Positions 18,910 through 26,135 of a stretch of 64,000 nt of DNA are shown piece by piece. Source of the DNA: Collinsella aerofaciens (GTDB lineage Bacteria; Actinomycetota; Coriobacteriia; Coriobacteriales; Coriobacteriaceae); the NCBI GenBank assembly GCA_048478035.1, contig DBGBCW010000015.1, positions 29,962 to 93,961 on the forward strand, written 5' to 3'. The notes under the pieces are model-generated. The model made no database searches. It was not told the origin of the DNA and saw only the letters and a list, made by a program, of their open reading frames with translations. The position numbers and the translations under genes were made by a program. Position 1 is the first letter of the stretch. Each line of letters begins with the position of its first letter.

Positions 18910-19024
18910 GCCTAGCGCGTTCGATGGGTTCGGATGACGACATGTTCCGAATCTGGTCAGGTCCGGAAGGAAGCAGCCATAAGGAGCCTCTGTCGGGCAT
19001 CCGAATCCATCGAGCGCACGGGCT
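18910..19024 (+). ncRNA. ffs: Signal recognition particle RNA (small bacterial 4.5S-type)
   Basis: Contains the universally conserved domain IV sequence TGGTCAGGTCCGGAAGGAAGCAGCC. Flanking arms pair (tcgatgggttcggatg / catccgaatccatcga). Followed by a T-rich tract. Confidence 0.8.
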
Positions 19025-19032
19025 TTCTTTTT

Positions 19033-19192
19033 GCGCGGTTTTACCAAACCGCGCAATGCTCGACGCTGCGCGCCACCCAGAGCGACAATTTGTCATTCAA
19101 AAGGCAAGGCATGACCAGAAGGTCTATGCCTCGCCTTTTTCATGCCAACTTGTTCGCTCTGGGTGGCGCTCGCTGGCTTTGCCAAAACATCG
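19033..19192. repeat. Q element copy 1: ~160-nt multi-hairpin repeat (candidate ncRNA or MITE)
   Basis: Homologous to 61169-61331. Shared blocks are gctcgacgctgc, ccagagcg, ggcatgaccagaaggtc, tcgctctgg and gccaaaacatcg. Stems are conserved through compensatory changes. Confidence 0.6.
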
Positions 19193-19445
19193 ATGGCTAC
19201 GCGGTCCAGGAGGCGGCGAAGTGTTTGGCGTCTCGCTGGTCCTCGGCTTTGCCTGCGGGATCGCTCGACTACCAAACAGCCCGCCGGCACCGGAACCGCA
19301 TCGTCCAAAAATCACCCGTAAAGGCGCGTTAGCCTAATTAAATCTATCCCTTAAGGAATGCTGCTCGTTGGCGTTGTCTGGGCATTGATGGCTATGTGGT
19401 TCAAGAGGCGGCGGTGCTGTTGCTTGAATTTTTGCAGTTAAAGAG

Positions 19446-19484
19446 GCCCGTTTCCCTGGGTTGGGGAAACGGGCTTCTTTTTGT
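19446..19484. terminator. Hairpin terminator (T tract on the plus strand) next to the 3' end of the minus-strand surface-protein gene
   Basis: gcccgtttccc / ggggaaacgggc stem followed by ttctttttgt. Confidence 0.65.
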
Positions 19485-19525
19485 CTCTGGGCTTGTGGAT
19501 TGGCGAAGACAATAGCCGCTGGCGG

Positions 19526-20575
19526 CTATTTTGAGTTCTTGAGGCGGCGTGTGGCTGTGGCGGTTATTCCGAGGCCTGCGGCGGCGATTCCTGCTAGTGC
19601 GATTGCGCTCGGCGCTGCATCGCCCGTGTTCGCGAGCTTGCCGGCGGTCGTATCTGCTTGCTTGCCGCTGCTCATGTTCGCCTGCTTGGTGGAGCTCGAT
19701 GGAGCGTATTTGCCGGTCGCGGGCGAGCTGGCGGGCTGTGCCGTTTCGGTCGGCTGCGCTGAGCTGGAGGGTTTTGTCGTCTCGGCGGGTTTCGTTATCT
19801 CGGGCGAGGTGGCCTTGTCTGCCGCGGCCTTTGCCTCTTCGTATGCCTTGCAGGCGTCGTCATAGGCCGCTTGCGCCTTTTCCAAATCGCTAAGGAGCGC
19901 ATTTCGCTTGGCTATGTCCTCGTCGATGTGGGCTTTAGCTTCCTCTGCCTCACTTTCGAAATACTGAACCTGTTTTTCCTGGCTTTCGAGCCGGCGTTGG
20001 TAGCGGTGAAGATCATCTTCACAAGATTCTTCTCGCCTTTCTGCCGACATGATCTCACTGCGCAACTGCTTTATTTGCTCCTTAATAGCTGTGCTGGGCT
20101 CCTCGTCGCCGAGTGCTTCAAGTGCCTTATCTAATTCTGCCTGAAGGCCGCCTGTCCGGTTGTGGGCCTCATCGTATTTGGCTTGGGCTGCATCGACGTT
20201 CGCTTGCATGGCGGGAAGGGGTTCCCTCCGTTTGGCGGCTTCCGCCACCACCATGTCGTAGAGTTCTTGAAATGCGGCAATGTCATCATCGATTTCCGCA
20301 AGTTTCTCGGGACTTGCGGCGTCTTTTGCGGCCTCGAGGTTTTTGAGCGCTTCCTGCATGGCTGCATACGCTTTTTCTTTTGCGGCGGCCGCATCTTCCG
20401 TCTGCAGGGTGCCCGAATTGCCGCTGGTGGCGCTCGTCTGCGAAACGGCCGCACCGGTGGGGGAACTGGTTTCTGCCGCGATCGCCGTTGCGGGGGCGAT
20501 TCCCGCGACAAGTGCCGCGGAAAGGGCGATGCCCACGGTTGCTCGTCTTGCTCTTCTTGCGAGAATGTCGTTCAT
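19526..20575 (-). CDS. LAxTG-anchored coiled-coil surface protein
   Basis: Signal peptide (VGIALSAALVAGIAPATAIA). Long Ala/Glu/Lys heptad-like region. Pro/Thr/Ser-rich stalk. C-terminal LANTG, hydrophobic helix and RRLKNSK. Confidence 0.8.
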   Translation of the reverse strand: MNDILARRARRATVGIALSAALVAGIAPATAIAAETSSPTGAAVSQTSATSGNSGTLQTEDAAAAKEKAYAAMQEALKNLEAAKDAASPEKLAEIDDDIAAFQELYDMVVAEAAKRREPLPAMQANVDAAQAKYDEAHNRTGGLQAELDKALEALGDEEPSTAIKEQIKQLRSEIMSAERREESCEDDLHRYQRRLESQEKQVQYFESEAEEAKAHIDEDIAKRNALLSDLEKAQAAYDDACKAYEEAKAAADKATSPEITKPAETTKPSSSAQPTETAQPASSPATGKYAPSSSTKQANMSSGKQADTTAGKLANTGDAAPSAIALAGIAAAGLGITATATRRLKNSK

Positions 20576-20790
20576 CTCGGCACCTCATTTCAAGGGTCGG
20601 CGACTAACTTGGTAGCACTAATGTAAGTATATCAGGCGGTTTGCCCGACACTGGCTGGGTGTGCGCGTGCCTTTCCGCTTCTTTGGAAACCGAATCCCAT
20701 TAGAAATGACGAGTTGTTTACGCTTCTTTTGGGCTCACCGTACTATCATGATTCGAATTGAATGTGGATGATGATAGGGAGCGCCTTTTT

Positions 20791-22635
20791 ATGATTGAGC
20801 TGCTTAGGCGTTTTGGTGGTAAGTTTCGCCGGTATATGGTGATCGGCCCTGCGTGTAAGCTGATCGAAGTGATCTTTGACCTGCTGACGCCGCTGGTGAT
20901 TGCCCAGATGATCGACAAGGGCATTGGCTCGCACGACGTGAGCGCCGTTATCCACTACGGTATGCTACTTGCCGCCATGGCCGTGATCGGCATCTCGTTT
21001 ACGCTCGTCTGCCAAAAGATGGCGGCGCTCACCTCGCAGGGCATGGGCACCGACATTCGCGGCGCGCTCTACGAGCACATCAACAAGCTGAGCTATGCTG
21101 AGCTCGACCGCTTTGGCACGCCGTCGCTCATCACCCGCATCACCAACGACGTTAACCAGGTCCAGCTCGCTGTGGCGCTGGGCGTGCGCATGCTCATCCG
21201 CTGGCCCTTTCTAGCGGTGGGCTCCATGTGCGCGGCCCTTGCCATCGACCTTAAGCTCGGCATCATCTTTTTGATCTGCACGCCCGCCATTGGCCTGGTG
21301 TTCTGGGTTGTCATGGCGCGCTGCATTCCGTACTACAAGCAGCTGCAGGCAAAGCTCGACCGCATCGCGCTTATCTGCCGCGAGGGCCTTTCGGGCGCCC
21401 GCGTGGTTCGCGCCTTCGTGCGCGAAGATCACGAGCGCGAGCGCTTTGCGCAGGCCGCCGACGACCAGGCCAATACTGCCATCGCGGTGGGCAAGCTCTC
21501 GTCGATTCTCAACCCCGTCACGTTTTTGGTGATGAACCTGGGCGTGTGCGCCATCCTGTGGGTGGGCGGCATTCAGGTCAACGTGGGCGAGCTCACGCAG
21601 GGCCAGGTCATGGCGTTCGTCAACTACATGACGCAGACCCTGACCTCCATCGTGTATGTCGCCAACCTGGTCGTGGTCTTTACCAAGGCGAGCGCCAGTG
21701 CGTCGCGTCTCAACGAGGTGCTCAATTGCGTGCCGAGCATCACCGACGAGGGCAACCAGCCGGTCGCGCTGCCCAAGCCGGGCAATGTCGCTCCCGTTCC
21801 TGCGCTGAGCTTGAGCCATGCGAGCTTCTCGTTTGGCGCCGGCGCGGCCAATGCTGTCAACGATGTGACGCTGGAACTCCCACTGGGCAAGACGCTCGGC
21901 ATTATTGGCGGTACGGGCAGTGGTAAGTCCACGCTCGTCTCGCTCATCCCGCGCCTGTACGACACGGGCGCCGGCAGCGTGTGCGTGATGGGTGCCGACG
22001 TGCGCGCTTGGCCGCTCGACCAGCTGCGCCATGTGGTTGCGACTGTTCCGCAGCGCGCGTCGCTCGTGAGCGGCACGATCCGCAGCAACCTAACCTGGCG
22101 CGACGAGTCGGCGGCCGACGAGGAGCTTTGGGCGGCGCTCGATATGGCGCAGGCCAGCGAGTTCGTGCGCAACAAGCCGCAGGGGCTCGACGCCCCGGTC
22201 GAGGCGGGCGGCAAGAACTTCAGCGGCGGTCAGCGCCAGCGCCTGACCATTGCGCGTGCCCTGGTGGGCTCGCCGCAGGTTCTGATCATGGACGATTCCG
22301 CCTCGGCGCTCGACTTTAAGACCGACGCGGCGCTTCGCCATGCCATCCGCGAGCGCAGCGCACGCGGGGCCGCCGCGGGCGGACTCCCGCTGACCACGGT
22401 GATCGTGAGCCAGCGCGTCTCGACCGTGCGCGATGCCGACATGATCTGCGTGCTCGACCACGGCTCGGTCGCGGGCCTGGGTACGCACGACGATCTGTAT
22501 ACGACCTGCCAGCTCTATCGCGAGATTTGCCAGTCGCAGCTGCGCCGCGAGGAGCTCGAGGGCCAGCAGGGGAGCGCGACGCCCGCATCCGCCCCGGCTG
22601 CCCCGGCATCCACGTGCGCAAGGGAGGGCTGCTAA
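20791..22635 (+). CDS. ABC exporter, fused permease/ATPase half-transporter (pair 2, subunit A)
   Basis: AGGGAG RBS before ATG 20791. Walker A GGTGSGKST, signature FSGGQRQR, Walker B VLIMDDSASALD. Confidence 0.9.
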   Translation: MIELLRRFGGKFRRYMVIGPACKLIEVIFDLLTPLVIAQMIDKGIGSHDVSAVIHYGMLLAAMAVIGISFTLVCQKMAALTSQGMGTDIRGALYEHINKLSYAELDRFGTPSLITRITNDVNQVQLAVALGVRMLIRWPFLAVGSMCAALAIDLKLGIIFLICTPAIGLVFWVVMARCIPYYKQLQAKLDRIALICREGLSGARVVRAFVREDHERERFAQAADDQANTAIAVGKLSSILNPVTFLVMNLGVCAILWVGGIQVNVGELTQGQVMAFVNYMTQTLTSIVYVANLVVVFTKASASASRLNEVLNCVPSITDEGNQPVALPKPGNVAPVPALSLSHASFSFGAGAANAVNDVTLELPLGKTLGIIGGTGSGKSTLVSLIPRLYDTGAGSVCVMGADVRAWPLDQLRHVVATVPQRASLVSGTIRSNLTWRDESAADEELWAALDMAQASEFVRNKPQGLDAPVEAGGKNFSGGQRQRLTIARALVGSPQVLIMDDSASALDFKTDAALRHAIRERSARGAAAGGLPLTTVIVSQRVSTVRDADMICVLDHGSVAGLGTHDDLYTTCQLYREICQSQLRREELEGQQGSATPASAPAAPASTCAREGC

Positions 22636-24495
22636 ATGAATCCGTACACTTCGTCCGGTTCGGTCGCCACGATGACGGCCAATGTGTCCGGCAACGACAA
22701 GCTCAACGACCTGGGCGACGGCCCACGCCAGCCTGGCGACCCTGAGCGCTATCCCGTGGGCGCGGTGACCCGCCGCCTGATGGGCTACGTCCGTCCGCAC
22801 CGTATTTCGTTTACGGCGTCGTTTGTGAGCGCCGCCATCTCGGTGATCTTGCAACTCTATACGCCCATCCTCATCGGCGAAGGCATCGACCTGATCGTCG
22901 CCGCCGGACAGGTGGACTTCGATGCGCTGCTGCCGCTTGTCACCAAGCTCGCGATTGTCGTCGTAGGTGCTGTGGCCTTCCAGTGGCTGCAGGGCTACTG
23001 CGTTAACCGCCTGTCCTACGAGACAGTGCGCGACATGCGCGTGGAGGCGAGCGACAAGCTCAGCCGCATGCCGCTCAGCTTTATCGACAGCCATGCCCAC
23101 GGCGACCTTATGAGCCGCGTGGTCAACGATGTCGACCAGGTTGGCGATGGCTTGCTGCAAGGCTTCACGCAACTCTTTACCGGCGTTATCACCATTGTGG
23201 GCACGCTCGCGTTTATGCTCTCCATCAACCTGACCATGACGCTCGTGGTGGTGCTCGTCACGCCGCTTTCCATTTTTGCAGCCGGCGCCATCGCTAAGCT
23301 TTCCAACAAGAGCTTTACGGCACAGCAGCGCATTCAAGGTCAGCTCGGTGGCCATATCGAGGAGTATGTGGGCGAGCAAAAACTGGTGGATGCGTTTGCC
23401 TACGGCCCGAACGCCCAAGCGCGCTTCGACGCCCTCAACGCCGAGCTCTATACGGCAGGCGAGCGCGCGCAGTTTATGGGTTCGCTCTCCAACCCCGGCA
23501 CGCGCTTTATCAATAACATCATCTATGCCGTGGTCGCTGTGATCGGCTGCGTGGGCGTGATCACGGGCGTGCCCGCGGCGCTTACGGTGGGCGGCGTGCA
23601 GATTTTCCTGTCCTATGCTAACCAGTACACCAAGCCGTTCAACGAGGTTACCAACGTCATTACGCAAATCCAGACGGCGTATGCCTCGGCGCGCCGCATG
23701 TTTGCACTGCTCGACGCCCGCGAGCAGGAGCCCGATGCGCCAGACGCCGTGGAGCTTGCCGCCCCGCGTGGCGAGGTGACTTTTGAACACGTGGACTTTA
23801 GCTATGTGCCCGACCGCAAGCTGCTGCAGGATATCTGCATCGAGGCCAAGCCCGGCATGCGTTTTGCCCTGGTCGGCCCCACGGGCTGCGGAAAGACAAC
23901 GCTCATCAATTTGCTGCTGCGGTTTTACGATATCGATGCCGGACGCATCATGGTCGATGGCCGGTCTTCGCGTGGCTACACGCGCGCAAGCCTGCGCCGC
24001 GCCTTTGGCATGGTGCTGCAGGATACGTGGCTGTTCGAGGGCACGGTGGCGGAAAATATCGCTTACGGTTGCCCGGATGCCACGCGTGAACAGGTTATCG
24101 AAGCCGCCAAGCGCGCGCACGCGCACAAGTTTATCGTGCAGCTGCCAAGCGGCTACGATACGGTCATCGGCGAGGACGGCAGCATGTTTAGCCAGGGTCA
24201 AAAACAGCTGCTGTGCATCGCGCGCGTCATGCTCACCGACCCGGCGATTCTGCTGCTGGACGAGGCGACGTCGAGCATCGATACCCGCACCGAGCTGCAG
24301 GTGCAGGCGGCATTCGACGAGCTTATGGCCGGCCGTACGAGCTTTGTGGTGGCGCATCGCCTGAGCACCATCCGCAACGCCGACTGCATTCTGGTGATGC
24401 GCGACGGCGAGATTATCGAGCGCGGCACGCACGACGAGCTGCTAGCGACAGGCGGCTTCTACGCCGAACTCTACCGCAGCCAATTCGCCCAGTGA
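22636..24495 (+). CDS. ABC exporter, fused permease/ATPase half-transporter (pair 2, subunit B)
   Basis: The ATG directly abuts the upstream TAA. Walker A GPTGCGKTT, signature FSQGQKQL, Walker B ILLLDEATSSID. Confidence 0.9.
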   Translation: MNPYTSSGSVATMTANVSGNDKLNDLGDGPRQPGDPERYPVGAVTRRLMGYVRPHRISFTASFVSAAISVILQLYTPILIGEGIDLIVAAGQVDFDALLPLVTKLAIVVVGAVAFQWLQGYCVNRLSYETVRDMRVEASDKLSRMPLSFIDSHAHGDLMSRVVNDVDQVGDGLLQGFTQLFTGVITIVGTLAFMLSINLTMTLVVVLVTPLSIFAAGAIAKLSNKSFTAQQRIQGQLGGHIEEYVGEQKLVDAFAYGPNAQARFDALNAELYTAGERAQFMGSLSNPGTRFINNIIYAVVAVIGCVGVITGVPAALTVGGVQIFLSYANQYTKPFNEVTNVITQIQTAYASARRMFALLDAREQEPDAPDAVELAAPRGEVTFEHVDFSYVPDRKLLQDICIEAKPGMRFALVGPTGCGKTTLINLLLRFYDIDAGRIMVDGRSSRGYTRASLRRAFGMVLQDTWLFEGTVAENIAYGCPDATREQVIEAAKRAHAHKFIVQLPSGYDTVIGEDGSMFSQGQKQLLCIARVMLTDPAILLLDEATSSIDTRTELQVQAAFDELMAGRTSFVVAHRLSTIRNADCILVMRDGEIIERGTHDELLATGGFYAELYRSQFAQ

Positions 24496-24570
24496 GCAAG
24501 CCCGTGGGGCAAATTAATCAGGTTTGTTTGTCCCATAGAGCGATCTTGTTATATAGCGTTCTACCAGCGC

Positions 24571-24662
24571 GTGAAACATTTTGACGATACTCCGTGACAC
24601 AATTTGACGGCGTTTTGTGAAACAGTTTTTCGGCCATTCGTGAAACGTTCTGCGGCGGTTTC
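24571..24662. repeat. Four phased 23-bp direct repeats (iteron-like) in a low-GC spacer
   Basis: GTGA(A/C)AC starts at 24571, 24594, 24617 and 24640, exactly 23 nt apart. Consensus is GTGAAACAnTTTGaCGGCnnTTc. Confidence 0.7.
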
Positions 24663-24812
24663 AATCCGAAGTACATACTGTTCGAAATCTGTCCAAAGAT
24701 GTCGTCTGCGTCGCCAATCGACAGACGGTGGTTTACATCTGTTACGTTAGTACTAAGATATTCATCTAATAAATTGCAATAGTGGCTTTAGTTTTGGGGG
24801 AAACGAGGCAAC

Positions 24813-25370
24813 GTGACTATGACGTGCTCTTTGGTGGTTAACAGCAAGAGCGGTAATACCAGGATGGTTTCGGGTGCGATCAAGCGCGCTCTGCAGGCTG
24901 CGGGCGTTGAGTTTGTCCACGCTGCGGCGTTGAGCGACGATGCGGACGCAGATCAGGTTGCGCTCGAGGCGCAGGGCGCCTGCGCGGCCGACACGGTGCT
25001 CGTCGGTTTTTGGTGCGACAAGGGTGCGTGCACGCCTTCGGTCGCGGCGTTGCTCTCCGCCTTGCACGGCAAGCGCGTCTTCTTGTTTGGCACCTGCGGT
25101 TTTGGCGCCGACCAGAGCTATTACCAGCAGATTATCGACCGCGTGACCTCCAATTTGGCCAACGATGCCGAGCTTGCGGGCTGGGCGATGTGTCAGGGCA
25201 AGATGGGCCCCGCGGTCAAGCAGCGCTACGAGGCCATGCTCGAGCAAGATCCCGACAATGTCCGCTTTAAGATGCTGCTCGATAACTGGGTCGCTGCAAA
25301 GGATCACCCCACCAAGGAAGATCTGGACAACATGGCTGCAGCCGCCAAAAAGGCCGTGCTGGGGGAGTAG
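24813..25370 (+). CDS. Flavodoxin-like protein
   Basis: N-terminal flavodoxin-type phosphate-binding loop (LVVNSKSGNTRMV) and a conserved FGTCGFG segment. GTG 24813 with an upstream GAGG. Confidence 0.65.
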   Translation: MTMTCSLVVNSKSGNTRMVSGAIKRALQAAGVEFVHAAALSDDADADQVALEAQGACAADTVLVGFWCDKGACTPSVAALLSALHGKRVFLFGTCGFGADQSYYQQIIDRVTSNLANDAELAGWAMCQGKMGPAVKQRYEAMLEQDPDNVRFKMLLDNWVAAKDHPTKEDLDNMAAAAKKAVLGE

Positions 25371-25412
25371 CTCCCATCGCTGACGGCGGTCGGTCCATCT
25401 TTCTAAATGAAA

Positions 25413-25541
25413 CGTCCTCCCGGGCGTCGGGGCACGAAGTTCCCTGCTCTACAGTCCTGCGCAAGACGAAGGCCACATTAAGTGGCCTTCTTTGTGTGCG
25501 GAACTCGCGATGAACTTCGTGCCCCGCCGTCCGGGAGGACG
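25413..25541. repeat. P element copy 1: ~130-nt palindromic structured element
   Basis: 30-nt arms 25413-25442 and 25512-25541 pair at 28 of 30 positions. Central hairpin gaaggccacattaagtggccttc (25468-25490). Homologous to the inverted copy at 30789-30919. Confidence 0.7.
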
Positions 25542-25584
25542 CCTCTTTATTGATGGGAGGCCTGATAGGTCGATGGTTCCGTGC

Positions 25585-26049
25585 CCGGATGCGTCCAAAG
25601 TGGGACGGGCTTTCCGGATGGTCAGGCTTTCGAAAAATGCGTCCCGGAATTTGCCTTTGGAATGGGACGTAGTTTCCCGTTGAGGTGCTTTGCGGAAAGT
25701 GCATCCCACTCTGGGCGGTCGAAGTGGGACACACTTTCCCAAAGGCGCTCCAACGGGAAATTGCGTCCCATTATTCGGTCAAGAAACGGGATGCATTTTC
25801 CCAATGAGAGCAAAACCGGAAAATGCATCCCACAATCAGCCCTCAAAGTGGGACGCCGTTTCCCAATGAGGCTCAAGCGGAAAATGCATCCCGGAATTTG
25901 CGCTCAAAGTGGGATGCGGTTTCCGGTTGAGGGTCTAAGGGGAAAGTGCGTCCCAGAATCGACGCTTGAAATGGGATGCAGTTTCCCGATGAGGCACTCG
26001 ACGGAAAATACATCCCAGAAATGGCCTTTGAGCTGGGATAAGATTTCCG
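25585..26049. repeat. Array 1: BIME-like tandem array, 8 units, 62-nt period
   Basis: Arms tGGGAYRCNNTTTCCc start at 25601, 25663, 25725, 25787, 25849, 25910, 25972 and 26034. They alternate with inverse arms cGGAAANTGCRTCCC. Confidence 0.85.
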
Positions 26050-26135
26050 CGGCATCTCGGATTCTCAAAAATGAGACACGCCGTTGGCGAAAATGAGACA
26101 CGTGATATCGGGTATCGGATGTATCATTTGCAAAA

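Noticed and set aside
18831-19337. ORFs 18831-19337(+), 18934-19332(+) and 18665-19096(-) between the adhesin and the coiled-coil protein gene
   Set aside because: They overlap the SRP RNA and the Q repeat, have no RBS or family similarity, and their only 'conserved' peptide derives from the repeat hairpin.
25585-26049. CRISPR array interpretation of the 62-nt repeat arrays (also 30349-30703 and 56499-56670)
   Set aside because: The repeated 15-16-nt arms alternate in orientation instead of being direct. The intervening 'spacers' are only 13-17 nt and are themselves semi-conserved between units and arrays. No cas genes or leader-like region are present in the window.
25581-26096. 171-aa ORF (and several shorter ORFs on both strands) running through array 1 with a recurring GKC(V/I)P-like peptide
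   Set aside because: The repeat period is 61-62 nt, which is not a multiple of 3, so the peptide repeat drifts between frames. There is no RBS. Equivalent ORFs in arrays 2 and 3 are broken. The open frame is best explained by GC-rich repeat DNA lacking stop codons.
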